A stretch of DNA of 64,000 nucleotides from IMG/VR virus record IMGVR_UViG_3300033075_001196, positions 32,001 through 96,000 of that record, one strand, 5' to 3'. Positions 16,853 through 27,829 of this stretch are shown here, one piece after another. The position numbers were made by a program, and so were the translations under genes. Under the pieces are notes generated by a model. The model saw only the letters and a program-made list of their open reading frames with translations. It was not told the DNA's origin and did no database searches. How positions within the stretch are numbered: position 1 is the stretch's first letter; the number at the start of each line of letters is the position of its first letter. The stretch comes from a virus (taxonomy: Duplodnaviria > Caudoviricetes).

Positions 16853-17313
16853 ACCTTACCCTTTTTAATTTATAAATAAATATAAACTATCAGTAAGTAA
16901 CAAGAGTATATTTGGAAATTTCAGTCAGAAACTTTTCTATTGTCCAACTTTTATTAGAAGAATCTTTAATGATTATTGTTTCTAATAATTTTTTTTTATC
17001 ATTTTTAACTAAGCGATTCAAAACATTCCAAGCATATCCTGCATGAAATGATTTTGATGACACTTCCCCTAAAATATTATGATCGGTAACAGTATCTCCG
17101 GATTGTCCTGGAGTAATTAAATAAAATGTCATTCAGTTGCTTTTATAAATTCTCCACAATCAGTGCATATAAATCCATTGGCACAAGAACCAGTTCTGAA
17201 TTCATAATATCCAATAAAAAATTCTTTATGTTGGCACGATTTTCTAATTTCTTCTAACCTTGCTTTTGAATCTGCTATTATTTTATATAGAGATTCACAT
17301 TCTTCTTTTATAC

Positions 17314-18744
17314 TCATCTTCTTAATCTTGATTGATATTCTTCATTATCAACATGAATTAGTGTATTAGTCATCTCTTCATTATTAGAAATTTGTACAAA
17401 TAATGATCCCAATTTAAATGTTCCTTCTGTAGATTTCTTATTCAATAAAGTATCTTGTACAATTTTAGGAAGTAATTGCAAATATTGATATTCATCATTT
17501 CCAAAATGGTTACCATCTATTGCAACTGTCACTGATGGAACCAATCCTTGATAATTAAATTTCATTCCTAAATCAAAATCAGTATACTTTGATTCCTTAT
17601 CACAATATTCTTTCAGTAATTTAGGATCTAAATCACATCTAATTAAATCAGCCCATGGTTCAATTAATTCTATTAATGATTTGGTACAATTTATTATATT
17701 ATATCTTGTATAATATTTAGGAGTAATAATTGGATCCATTAATGGTGTATGCTCAACGAAGCTGCCCCATTTTCTTATAAAGTTTCTTGCTGATCTAATA
17801 TTATGTGCCTCCCATTCTAAACTATTAGTTCCAGGTGTAGTTAATGTTGGATTGAATCTTGAACCTCGGCAGGTGATATGATATACACAACCAACCCACG
17901 TTTGTACAAATTTACATCCATTTAATTTGAAACGGTTAAATATATCCGAATCCTCTTTCGACTGTGGGCGATATAAAGGATCATGTCCACCAATTTTTTT
18001 AAAATCTTCAACAAAGAAAGCCCACGGTGCAAAAATACCATTTGTATATGGTGGGCTATATTTTGGTTTATATCCATCTCTATACCAGTTTAAAAATTCT
18101 TTCTCATTAAATTGATCAGGTTCCGTTCCCCAATCTGCTAGATACTTTTCTGGTCCATCTGGATGTAGTGGAGGTTCTATTCTTGTTAATGATACTATTG
18201 TTTTATAATTTGCAGTAACGGGTAATATCCATCCACTCCAACATAAATCAGTTGTACCATCTTCATTTGTTGTAATGTATGAACCAGAATGCTGTTGTAT
18301 TCTAATTTTAGTATTATTGATATTATCATTTATAAAGGTTTCAGTTATTTTATCCACTTTATATTTATAACTCTCTTCATAATTAATAGGATCTTCAACA
18401 CGCATAGATGTATACATCAACTTTTCAATCTCATCTAAAGCCCCAGGACATAAATACATATCTGCATGATATATAATTGCTATATCGGTATGCACTAACT
18501 CATTAATTATACGATCATACAAAATAGTATGCCCAACTCTATTGGGGCCTGGATTAGTTATGTATGAAAACTTTGGATCGATTTGAGCCAACCAATGAAA
18601 ATGTTCTGTTGCACCATCTGTACTAGCATCATCTGCTGCACATATAAATACTTCATGATCACCTTGATTTTTTCTGATTGAATTATATGCCCATTTAAAA
18701 TAGACTAAATTATTCCGACACGGAATTACGAAACTAAGCTTCAT
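17314..18744 (-). CDS. Glycosyltransferase family 2
   Basis: SFVIP.RN, DD.STDG, HAD, GGHD..Y.P...EDSD. Confidence 0.85.
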   Translation of the reverse strand: MKLSFVIPCRNNLVYFKWAYNSIRKNQGDHEVFICAADDASTDGATEHFHWLAQIDPKFSYITNPGPNRVGHTILYDRIINELVHTDIAIIYHADMYLCPGALDEIEKLMYTSMRVEDPINYEESYKYKVDKITETFINDNINNTKIRIQQHSGSYITTNEDGTTDLCWSGWILPVTANYKTIVSLTRIEPPLHPDGPEKYLADWGTEPDQFNEKEFLNWYRDGYKPKYSPPYTNGIFAPWAFFVEDFKKIGGHDPLYRPQSKEDSDIFNRFKLNGCKFVQTWVGCVYHITCRGSRFNPTLTTPGTNSLEWEAHNIRSARNFIRKWGSFVEHTPLMDPIITPKYYTRYNIINCTKSLIELIEPWADLIRCDLDPKLLKEYCDKESKYTDFDLGMKFNYQGLVPSVTVAIDGNHFGNDEYQYLQLLPKIVQDTLLNKKSTEGTFKLGSLFVQISNNEEMTNTLIHVDNEEYQSRLRR

Positions 18745-18908
18745 TAAAAATAAATATTTATTGTCCCTATTATAAAACCAATTGATAACATGGTACCAGA
18801 TTCTACAAATTCTCCAGTATCACAATTTGCTGCATCATAATTCATAAAATGAAATCCGATCAACAAATCATCGAAATTAAAAAACTCTACTTCAACACGC
18901 ATTTATTA

Positions 18909-19304
18909 TTATTTTATTCTTGCAATAATAAATTTACTGTCATTTGTTATTAATGTTGTGTCAGCTATAACGATATGCTGTCTAGGATCGTTAACAAAAT
19001 TTGCTGGATCAATTAATGCATCACTATATAATGCCGCGAACCAATACTTCTTACCTTTATACTTTCCTTTTTTAACAACTCCAGGAATTACTGTACCTTT
19101 TACTACTTTTAGAGTGTCTCCCCAAACTACGTTTTGTAGACTATCACATGGAGTAAGTGACATTTGAATTGGAATAGAAGTTCTGGCTAATAATTGATCA
19201 TTGGCTAAACTATCATCTTTCTGACAGAATGTTAGGAATATACTAACCAATGCAATTGTGCATATTGTTAATATAGTTGAATTTTTTTTATTTAATTGTA
19301 TCAT
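18909..19304 (-). CDS. Secreted or lipoprotein hypothetical
   Basis: N-terminal hydrophobic segment ending TFC. Confidence 0.5.
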   Translation of the reverse strand: MIQLNKKNSTILTICTIALVSIFLTFCQKDDSLANDQLLARTSIPIQMSLTPCDSLQNVVWGDTLKVVKGTVIPGVVKKGKYKGKKYWFAALYSDALIDPANFVNDPRQHIVIADTTLITNDSKFIIARIK

Positions 19305-19307
19305 AAT

Positions 19308-19616
19308 TTATTGTTCTATTTGTTGTTCTTTACTAGCTTCTGGTTTATATCTAAATTTACCTAAAATGTTTCTAATTGAATTCATCGTCATTCGAGCCAT
19401 TTCTGGATCCTTAGATTGCATTTTAGACAACCATCTATATAGATCCGATTTCATTGATTCTGGATTCATCCAATGCTGATCAATGTTAGACACTAAAGGA
19501 TCTTCATTTACAGGTTCTGTTGGTTCTTGTACTTGTTTTGGTTGAGGGGGTTGAACTTGTTGTGCTTGTTCTTCCTCTTCTTCTAACAATCTTTTGTATA
19601 TTTTTGAAAATTTCAT
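19308..19616 (-). CDS. Hypothetical acidic protein, possible internal virion protein
   Basis: MKFSKIYKRLLEEEE N-terminus; Q/P-rich linker. Confidence 0.5.
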   Translation of the reverse strand: MKFSKIYKRLLEEEEEQAQQVQPPQPKQVQEPTEPVNEDPLVSNIDQHWMNPESMKSDLYRWLSKMQSKDPEMARMTMNSIRNILGKFRYKPEASKEQQIEQ

Positions 19617-19650
19617 TAAAGCTCCAATTCCTTTTTATAATAAATATAAT

Positions 19651-19917
19651 TTAAATGAAATAATCATTAGGAATCTTTTGTATATCTTTTTTCTTTAATA
19701 CCTTTGCCTTCAAATTATACCGGCCATAAATATTAATTAATATCAATGCACTCGACAATGTAGCGTGGCTCCAATTTGATATCAAATAATCATACCAAAT
19801 CCAACCAATATCTCCAATGATCCATATATACAATGCTAAAACATATTGCTTTCTAGCATTTAATGCAAAGCCCACTAATATTGCAACTGTACATGCCCAG
19901 CCTAAAATTTGTATCAT
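19651..19917 (-). CDS. PnuC-like small membrane protein
   Basis: Three TMs with W..G...W motif and INIYG. Confidence 0.5.
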   Translation of the reverse strand: MIQILGWACTVAILVGFALNARKQYVLALYIWIIGDIGWIWYDYLISNWSHATLSSALILINIYGRYNLKAKVLKKKDIQKIPNDYFI

Positions 19918-20852
19918 AAATTATCTAATTGTTCTGTAAATATATTCTTCATTCTTGGTGCAAAGTGTCTACAATGGAAATATCTATCATATATTTCTTT
20001 AGATTGTTCTGATATATGATGATGTAAAGAATCATTTTTTAATATTGTTATTTTATTAACTGCTGATTCAATATCATCTACATCTACAGATAAATCTGGA
20101 AACAATATTCTCTGAGTATCTACTTTAATATTTCCAATGCATGGTATTCCTAAATAACCACAATTTAAACTAAAAGTGCCGGCAGCTACTGTGGGCATCA
20201 TATGTACTCCTATTTTAAAACTACTTAGATTATGAATCCAATCTCTCCAATTCATATAAGGTAAATGTTTTAAATCAGATATTTGTTCTTCCCCAGCAAC
20301 TTTTCTTCCCATCGATGGAGCATATATTGGTTGTTTATAATTTTTAGCTACAAGATATGAAACCATACCACCATACCAAGCACACATGTTTCCACCTATA
20401 ATAACACCTGACCGGTGGGTTGATGGTTTAATTTGCATTAAATTAAGACCATCTTCCACCATTACTGATGGCATTATGTATACTCTGTTTACTAGTCCTT
20501 TATAGTATTTTAAATCCGATTCATTGTGGCATAATATAAAATCAGCCTGTTTAATTAAACTGAGATATTGAATTTGATTTGGTAATGAATAATCTGCCCA
20601 ATAATTACATGGACCTTCCTGCATGATCGCAACTTTGTGGCATAGCTTCTTTATTTTTTCAAATGGAACATCTATCTTATTCTTCGGTACAATTATAATT
20701 CCAATATCATATTTAATGGATTCAGAAAATTCATACATATAATAATGATCTGCATCCAATAAATGGATCCATGCAAGATCAGTTCTCATGTTTGGGTTGT
20801 TTCTATCAACCTTTCCATAATATCTTCCTTCAGTAAAAAATGCTATTTTCAT
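19914..20852 (-). CDS. GT-B-type glycosyltransferase
   Basis: C-terminal AAGTFSLNC..LGIPCIG donor-binding-like segment; lies in the sugar island. Confidence 0.6.
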   Translation of the reverse strand: MKIAFFTEGRYYGKVDRNNPNMRTDLAWIHLLDADHYYMYEFSESIKYDIGIIIVPKNKIDVPFEKIKKLCHKVAIMQEGPCNYWADYSLPNQIQYLSLIKQADFILCHNESDLKYYKGLVNRVYIMPSVMVEDGLNLMQIKPSTHRSGVIIGGNMCAWYGGMVSYLVAKNYKQPIYAPSMGRKVAGEEQISDLKHLPYMNWRDWIHNLSSFKIGVHMMPTVAAGTFSLNCGYLGIPCIGNIKVDTQRILFPDLSVDVDDIESAVNKITILKNDSLHHHISEQSKEIYDRYFHCRHFAPRMKNIFTEQLDNL

Positions 20853-21370
20853 TTATTTTTAGTTATTGCAATGCCATCAATATTAATATCCTTAAATTCA
20901 ATTTCGCTTACTCTATATCCAGAAGGGAGATGATTTTTTGCAATTTGCCTATATATCATATTTTTTTGATCATCTCCTGTTAATTCCCCCAATTTAGAAA
21001 TAGAACCAACACAGTATATATTTTGATATGCTGATAATTTACTATCATTTTTTATTATAGTTTCAATTATTATATCAGTAACAGTCTTTAGTATTTTAAT
21101 CAAATATTTATAGTCTGATTTTCTATACTGAGTATCTTCGCCTGAAATAGAATATTGAATATTATATCCTATTATTTCTTTAGTATTAATCAAAACTGGA
21201 GGATATTTGATTGATCCTTCAAAATCTTCTATTTTTTCAAATGATACTAAAACTTTATCTAATTCAGATTCGAATTCAGTCGTCAATGAAACTACATTAA
21301 ATGGATATGATTCAATTTTAGTAAAATCAATTGTTTCTAATAATAGTTTACTTAATTTTTTTATTTTCAT
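20849..21370 (-). CDS. Hypothetical protein
   Basis: 173-aa ORF, MKIKKLSKLLLE N-terminus. Confidence 0.55.
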   Translation of the reverse strand: MKIKKLSKLLLETIDFTKIESYPFNVVSLTTEFESELDKVLVSFEKIEDFEGSIKYPPVLINTKEIIGYNIQYSISGEDTQYRKSDYKYLIKILKTVTDIIIETIIKNDSKLSAYQNIYCVGSISKLGELTGDDQKNMIYRQIAKNHLPSGYRVSEIEFKDINIDGIAITKNK

Positions 21371-21599
21371 ACTATCATTAATATTTTTTTATGCACAATT
21401 GCTGCCCATTCATATAATTCATTTTTGGCCAAAACTTCTCTGAATGCGATTAACTCTTCCTTGCAAGTTGCTAATGCTAAAAATTCATAGAATTCTTCAT
21501 CACAAGAAATTAATGCTCCAGGATCATCCAATAACATTTGGTATGAGTCTTCAAGATCCTCAATACTAAATCCTTCTTCAAAAAAATCATTATCAATCA

Positions 21600-21631
21600 T
21601 AAAGGTAAGTTATAGTTTTCAATTAACCAAA
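21600..21631 (-). promoter_or_regulatory. Bacteroidota-type promoter motif
   Basis: TTTG-N20-TACCTTTA. Confidence 0.6.
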
Positions 21632-21918
21632 TTTATTCAACCAAATGATCAACAAATTTTATCATTTGACCGTGGGTTTCGGATTTGTCAGTCCAATCGC
21701 GTATATTAATCATATTGTTCATTTCATATACTAAAACCTTTTTCCACATTTTTTCTATAAGTAAAGCATCTCCCTTAACTTCAACAACTATTCCTGTTTT
21801 TTCCTTTAACAATGCAGCCAATGCTTGAGTAAATACTAGAGCTGAATATAATCTTTCGTCCGTAGTGTCCACATCTTTGTCTGGTCTACAATAATTTTTA
21901 CCTAGTGTTTTGTTCATA

Positions 21919-22593
21919 TTACATATCTTTTATAAATGAATGTTCTAATTTGACACCATTAGATAATTGTCCAATTAAATTTCTACAATAATTAAAAAAG
22001 TTTTCATTCCATGCGTTATCATGTCTCCCATGAATATGAGATAATATAAATAAGTTTGCACCCATTCCAGGAAATTGGTTTGGAGGAAAATAGTCTGTTA
22101 CATTGATCGTTCTACAAGGCCATAACAAATTATTATTATGTGTTGGGTGAATTACTGCAATTTCAAATTCATTACCAATAATCCTTGCAGAATTTCTTGA
22201 AGTTAACCAACCTGGAGATTTCCAAATCTTTGGTGTAAGATCACATTGCCACCACTCTTGTTTGATTTGATAAACTAATTCTGATATTTGGCTTGGAGAA
22301 TTTTGTTCTGCAAATTCACATTCACCCCAAATATTTTGATCTGAGGTATTATGATAATATCCATGGGCTCCGAATTCAATGTATGGTAATGATTTTAATT
22401 CATTGATCCATTCTTTATTTTCAGATAATCTTGCACCACCATGATGGTTTGCTGGGACAAATAATGAAATCTTTACACCAAATTCATTATGTAATTGTGA
22501 CAAATATTTTTCTGTTGGTTCTCCCAAAATCCGCCATCCTTTTTTTGGATTGGCGTCATCGATAGAAATGTTTAGTTTATATAAATTTTCCAT
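21919..22593 (-). CDS. Polysaccharide deacetylase-like (CE4/DUF2334) protein
   Basis: ISIDD, HGYYH, K.PGW motifs. Confidence 0.75.
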   Translation of the reverse strand: MENLYKLNISIDDANPKKGWRILGEPTEKYLSQLHNEFGVKISLFVPANHHGGARLSENKEWINELKSLPYIEFGAHGYYHNTSDQNIWGECEFAEQNSPSQISELVYQIKQEWWQCDLTPKIWKSPGWLTSRNSARIIGNEFEIAVIHPTHNNNLLWPCRTINVTDYFPPNQFPGMGANLFILSHIHGRHDNAWNENFFNYCRNLIGQLSNGVKLEHSFIKDM

Positions 22594-22594
22594 A

Positions 22595-23203
22595 TTAATT
22601 AATCAATGATTTTGGTATTTCATCTTTTAAAATAGTTTTCTTGAATACTAAATTACCAGCAACATGAAATATTACAATTCCTTCTGGTTTCATAAATCCT
22701 GGAGATGCATAACTTCCATGAAGTTCTAATTGTTTCAAGACTTCATCAATTTTAACAGTATCAAACATTCCCCTATATATTTCTGGCACTACATGGCAAC
22801 AGGATGGCCTGGTATCGGTTCCAGAATCTCCCCATCTAGAAACATTAAATAAACTAAATCTCTTTTCTCCTTTTGGCAAATCATAACCACATTGAATTCC
22901 AGATCCCCACCATTCACCAAAATGGTGACCTTCACCTAAATTAAATAAATCATCTGAATGCGCTGCACACCAAGTGGCAAATCCATGATTATCATCTTTT
23001 GGAGTTATCCATTTAGTTCTGCTTCCTATTCTCATAGTATACCCATCCTTTCTCGCGATTATTTCAGGGGAATCAGCAACAGCCACTTCCTCTAAATCTA
23101 TATGCTGAATGAAGATAGATGCATTTGTACCATCTATTTTTTCAGTAATAATCATTTCCCTAGTTAATCTAGGCATCTTTGGAAATTCTCTAAATTTTAT
23201 CAT
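22595..23203 (-). CDS. RNA ligase (Rnl2-like nucleotidyltransferase)
   Basis: TEKIDGTN motif I, GSR, FGEW.G, F.LF, EGIVI, K.T motifs. Confidence 0.85.
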   Translation of the reverse strand: MIKFREFPKMPRLTREMIITEKIDGTNASIFIQHIDLEEVAVADSPEIIARKDGYTMRIGSRTKWITPKDDNHGFATWCAAHSDDLFNLGEGHHFGEWWGSGIQCGYDLPKGEKRFSLFNVSRWGDSGTDTRPSCCHVVPEIYRGMFDTVKIDEVLKQLELHGSYASPGFMKPEGIVIFHVAGNLVFKKTILKDEIPKSLIN

Positions 23204-24171
23204 ATGTATTTTATAATTGACCCGTCATTTTGATAATATGTTACTCCTTTTATAGTAGTTTCTCCAGTACCAATTCTGTGAGTTGCCACATAATGTTCTG
23301 AGTATCGTGCTATTGTATCATTAAATCCAGATTGATAAGATATGTTAAATTTTGCTTTAGATTTAATATACCATTGAGTTCTTAAATCACAGTTTTCTAT
23401 ATGTTTAAAATTTATAAAAGTTTCTGGGCTTATATTAAATATATCTGCCCAATAAGTTTCTTCAATGGGAAATGATGAATAATAAAATATTGGATAATCT
23501 TTATTGAATCCCTTTTCTTTAATTGTTTTAATTAAATTTTGAATGCTTTTATCATTCTTATCCCAACAATGATTTAAATGTTCTAATCTTGAAGCAAATA
23601 ATATACACCCAAATTCTCTTCCATTTGTATGTTGGTGAATTATAGTGTTGCCATGCAATTCTTCCTCGGGACTAAAATATATATTTGGTCTAGTGTCAAC
23701 TGAATTAATTTCTTCATCACTGAATCCAAAGTATCTCAAAATTTGCTCAACTAAAGGCTCATTTTCAAACCTTTGACATCTTTCATGATCGCAATAAACA
23801 CTACTAAATTGCCCAGGTTCTAATGGTTTAACATATGGATTATTTTTAAATACTAAACTAACACTTTCGGCTGGATCAGATCCTTCATATGTCCAATTTT
23901 TAGATTCAGGAAATGTTTTTCTAATCCAATTTGGAGTTGGAATATAACAATCCATATTAGGATATTTAACTTTCAATACCTCAGGCAGTGCAGATATTAT
24001 GCCCCAATCACCAATACTAAAACAACATCTTGTAAATGGAAAGTATTTACTACTTTGAAGCGCTTCCTGAATTGTTGGGCTAGCTAAATTTGGATATGAA
24101 ATTCCTAACTTGTCTACATATCCATGTGCTACTACACCATCGTTTTCTATTGTATACCGTACCATCGTCAT
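23200..24171 (-). CDS. Putative glycosyltransferase (GT9-like)
   Basis: SIGD, F.NNPY, RP.IYFS.EE, SYQSG motifs; context. Confidence 0.5.
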   Translation of the reverse strand: MTMVRYTIENDGVVAHGYVDKLGISYPNLASPTIQEALQSSKYFPFTRCCFSIGDWGIISALPEVLKVKYPNMDCYIPTPNWIRKTFPESKNWTYEGSDPAESVSLVFKNNPYVKPLEPGQFSSVYCDHERCQRFENEPLVEQILRYFGFSDEEINSVDTRPNIYFSPEEELHGNTIIHQHTNGREFGCILFASRLEHLNHCWDKNDKSIQNLIKTIKEKGFNKDYPIFYYSSFPIEETYWADIFNISPETFINFKHIENCDLRTQWYIKSKAKFNISYQSGFNDTIARYSEHYVATHRIGTGETTIKGVTYYQNDGSIIKYI

Positions 24172-24673
24172 TCAATTTTAATTTATAAAGTAATGAAGTT
24201 GCCTTAACAATATCTTTATACATTCTTCTAAAAATTATTTTTTTCTCAACTAGTTTAAATCCCAATTTCTCGTATATGTGAATCGCTCTAAAATTAGTAG
24301 ACAACACTTCTAACCATAGTTCTTTTCTTTTGGTAATAGTATATATAAATGGAAAGAACTCTTTGTAGGCCCTCTGAGAATAGCCCAGACCTTGAAATTT
24401 TGGTTCAATATCCATACCAATATATAATTTATCATCTACAATAGAAGTTCTGATATATCCAATTGGATATTTTGTGTGTAATCCAACTCCGATTCTGTGA
24501 TGTATATAAATTATATACCACTTCAATGAATCCTTATTTTTAAGATACCACTGCTCAACATCAGAATAAGAATATATTGTTGGGTCATGTAAATATTTTG
24601 CAGTAGCCCTTCTGACTTCGGCGATATAATTTAAATCATTATACTCTATTAATTTAAATGATATATCATTCAT
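24080..24673 (-). CDS. GNAT N-acetyltransferase
   Basis: FQGLGYS acetyl-CoA loop; LEVLSTN.RAIH.YEKLGF. Confidence 0.85.
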   Translation of the reverse strand: MNDISFKLIEYNDLNYIAEVRRATAKYLHDPTIYSYSDVEQWYLKNKDSLKWYIIYIHHRIGVGLHTKYPIGYIRTSIVDDKLYIGMDIEPKFQGLGYSQRAYKEFFPFIYTITKRKELWLEVLSTNFRAIHIYEKLGFKLVEKKIIFRRMYKDIVKATSLLYKLKLNDDGTVYNRKRWCSSTWICRQVRNFISKFS

Positions 24674-25418
24674 ACATTGCTTGTAATTTTGGATATATAA
24701 TATCAGTCAAATCTTCTGCATGTTGTTGAAAATATCTGAAATTTGAAATTAATTGATTTCTATCAACTAGGTGTTCAACTCCAAATAATTTAGCTTTGTC
24801 AGATTCTGGAATTCTATCTTGAATTTGTAATTTTCTTTTAATTATTGATTCATTGAATGGAGAATATCCATACCAACAAATTAAACAATCAGTAACATTC
24901 TTTTTAGTAAAATGTCTTCCTGTTGGATAGAATGGCATATTTAAATGTAATGATCTGGCTTTTCTAATTAGAAAGAATTCTTCTTCCCTATTTATATTAA
25001 TACCATTCATTCTTTGACCAACCAACGATTCTCCAGGAAATTCTAATTCTGTAAATTCATTATTTATTGAATCAATCATTGGATAGACAGGAATTAGGTA
25101 TTGATCCCAATCATAAGTTTCAATCATTTTTTTAACATTACCTACTAAAAATTCTGTAATAGTTAATGCAATTTTATATCCCTCGGTTGCCCATTCAATT
25201 CTAATTACTTCTTCATCACAGTTCTTGGCATTAAATTCTTTATTAATGCTAGTAATGATATTTTCCTTTGGATAGTGTTTTAATATAATTTCATTTGATC
25301 TATCTGTTGAATGATGATCAATGAATATTATGTTATCAAATATTCGTTTATGATGTTCTATCCAATAAGGCAATAAATATTCCTCATTATAGTAATGACA
25401 GATGCAAGTTAATTTCAT
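24666..25418 (-). CDS. GT2-like glycosyltransferase
   Basis: YNEEYLLP.W..HH, ID..STD. Confidence 0.75.
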   Translation of the reverse strand: MKLTCICHYYNEEYLLPYWIEHHKRIFDNIIFIDHHSTDRSNEIILKHYPKENIITSINKEFNAKNCDEEVIRIEWATEGYKIALTITEFLVGNVKKMIETYDWDQYLIPVYPMIDSINNEFTELEFPGESLVGQRMNGININREEEFFLIRKARSLHLNMPFYPTGRHFTKKNVTDCLICWYGYSPFNESIIKRKLQIQDRIPESDKAKLFGVEHLVDRNQLISNFRYFQQHAEDLTDIIYPKLQAMYE

Positions 25419-25419
25419 T

Positions 25420-26646
25420 TTAGTTTCTTACCTCTACTTTTGGAAAATATTTAATATAAAGATCCCTTGCGTCAACACTTCTAACTTGCATAATTCTTTT
25501 TTTAATTTCATCATAAAAATTCCAAGCTAGAGGTATTATAATAACTGGATCATTATTTTCTTGTTTCAATTTATCAATTCCATATATTGGAATATTTCCT
25601 CCTGGAGTATATAAACCTTGTTTTAATTCATTATCATCTATTATATAATCCAATTTTAATCCGAAATAATTTAAAGCAGTCATACCCTTTGCTGCAGCAC
25701 CATATCCAATAAATCTTCTATTTCCATACATTTGTGTTACGCCAATTAAATCACCTTTAATTTTAAAAACATTGTTGGCATACTTATGATATGTATTAAA
25801 ATCATATAATCCAGAGGCTGCTTCCAATTTTAATAAATTATCAACCCGATACCAATTGTCTTGTTTCTTTTTAATAACAAATATATAGGAATTACCATGA
25901 ATTGGAGTTTTAATAACATCAACTAAACATAATGTTTCAGTTCTACCAATTAATGTGTTCATTGAATTGATATTAAAGAATGAAATATGTTCATGATATA
26001 TTGTATCGAACTCATTATTCTTTATCATATCAGCCTGAGATACTTGTATATATAATGTACCATCACAGTGAAGATATTGTTCACATTTCTTTAAGAATTC
26101 TAAAGGATTTGAATTATGAGCAAATACATTTTGTGCTATAATACAATCAAAATGCCAAAAGTATCTTGATCCATTTGGTTTAGTAAATTTAAAATCTTTA
26201 TTAAAATATTGACTTTCAATATAATGTCGTTTAAGAGCAGCAACGGAGGCCAAATTTTTTGATGGCTCAATTCCTACAATTGTTCTAACTTTATTCTTTG
26301 CAAATTCATCCAATTGGCTTCCATCATTACATCCAATATCTAAAACAGTTTCAATACCTGGATTTTCAGTCAATACATAATTCGCAAACCATTTGAAATA
26401 TTGTTTTAAAGTATCAGTTGTTCCACTAACATACTTATAATCTGTAAACATTAGTTCAGGATTAACTGCAATGGATAATTGGCAATGGAAACAATTCTGG
26501 CATACATTTAATTGTAATGGATACTTTGGTAGTTCCTTTGTATTGTCATGAAAATTATTAGCTAAAGGTTGATCTCCTAGATTAATAACCTCCTTCAGAT
26601 CTTCTGATCCACAACATAAACAATTTTTTAATTCTACGAAGGCCAT
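25420..26646 (-). CDS. NDP-sugar C-methyltransferase (TcaB9/NovU-like)
   Basis: CLCCG Zn site, LG.QPLAN, DIGCNDG, NVFAH, FDTIYHEH, HGNS, YGAAAKG, AWNF. Confidence 0.9.
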   Translation of the reverse strand: MAFVELKNCLCCGSEDLKEVINLGDQPLANNFHDNTKELPKYPLQLNVCQNCFHCQLSIAVNPELMFTDYKYVSGTTDTLKQYFKWFANYVLTENPGIETVLDIGCNDGSQLDEFAKNKVRTIVGIEPSKNLASVAALKRHYIESQYFNKDFKFTKPNGSRYFWHFDCIIAQNVFAHNSNPLEFLKKCEQYLHCDGTLYIQVSQADMIKNNEFDTIYHEHISFFNINSMNTLIGRTETLCLVDVIKTPIHGNSYIFVIKKKQDNWYRVDNLLKLEAASGLYDFNTYHKYANNVFKIKGDLIGVTQMYGNRRFIGYGAAAKGMTALNYFGLKLDYIIDDNELKQGLYTPGGNIPIYGIDKLKQENNDPVIIIPLAWNFYDEIKKRIMQVRSVDARDLYIKYFPKVEVRN

Positions 26647-27596
26647 ATAGAGTTTTTTAATTCAGATTTTAATATATCATTACATAAATCACGCCATAAA
26701 AGATGATCTTCACTAAATGATTGAGATGTTGGATGAACAAACTTAGTAAGAAACTTCATATGATTAATTTTAAAATCATATGGAATGTTTTTTGATTTAT
26801 CAAAATCAGTAGGATTGTGTATAATTACGTCTTTAACATTAATATTCAGTGAAATTAATGTATATGCTACATTTTTTGCTATATTCAATACAGTATCATT
26901 AGTTGAAGCAACATTATATATTCCACCCAAATTTGGATTATCATTATATAATATGCATTTAATTCCAACTATTAAATCTTGCATTGCAAGAATTGGTCTA
27001 TGTACATTTGGATTAGTTACATGAATGTTTCCTGACTTAACGGCCGATTTAACCATTGAATTGGCCATTAAGTCCCACCGCATATTTGGAGAATATCCAT
27101 TTACTGTACCAAATCTGAGCCCATATATTTCAAAACAATTCATGTATCTTGACGCAATAAGATCTCCCATCTGCTTAGTAGCATCATAATTATTAATAGG
27201 GTTTCCTAATAAATCGGATTCATTTGAATATGTTGATTCATTATATTGACGTGCAGAATACACTGATGAACTACTAGCATAAATTAATTTAATTCCACTA
27301 GAGTCAATTTTGTGCAATAACCTTTGGAATTTAGCTACATTTTGATTATAACTTTCATTAAAATCTGCACAAGATGAGACTGAAGAATTTCCTGCCAATA
27401 ATATTATAGTATCAGCCCATTTCAATTGAGTTATTAACAAATCATCATAATCTGATACTATAGTTTTTATATTAGTTTTTGAAGATGGTGGATATCTATC
27501 ACACCCCATAACTTCAAATTCAGAACTTAATGCTTCAGCCAAAGCTGATCCAATATAACCATTAGATCCTATAATTAAAACTTTTTCACTTTTCAT
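26634..27596 (-). CDS. NAD-dependent epimerase/dehydratase
   Basis: GSNGYIG, ASSSSVY, YDATK, LRFGTV.G. Confidence 0.88.
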   Translation of the reverse strand: MKSEKVLIIGSNGYIGSALAEALSSEFEVMGCDRYPPSSKTNIKTIVSDYDDLLITQLKWADTIILLAGNSSVSSCADFNESYNQNVAKFQRLLHKIDSSGIKLIYASSSSVYSARQYNESTYSNESDLLGNPINNYDATKQMGDLIASRYMNCFEIYGLRFGTVNGYSPNMRWDLMANSMVKSAVKSGNIHVTNPNVHRPILAMQDLIVGIKCILYNDNPNLGGIYNVASTNDTVLNIAKNVAYTLISLNINVKDVIIHNPTDFDKSKNIPYDFKINHMKFLTKFVHPTSQSFSEDHLLWRDLCNDILKSELKNSIWPS

Positions 27597-27600
27597 AATA

Positions 27601-27632
27601 TAAAGATATAATTAAATATTCAATTAACCAAA
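27601..27632 (-). promoter_or_regulatory. Bacteroidota-type promoter motif
   Basis: TTTG-N20-TATCTTTA. Confidence 0.65.
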
Positions 27633-27829
27633 TTATTCTTCTAAATCGATTTTCTTATTTTTTTGTCTATTATACTTACTAATACAATATGAACAACGAC
27701 AATTTTCTTCTACCTGATGATTTTTTAATTTTCCAATCATTGGCTCATCCATCCAATCTGTAGATTTGAGAGCCTTGAGTCTTTGTTTTTGTTTTTTCTT
27801 TGCAAGTTCGTTTCGCTCACCCTTGTCCA

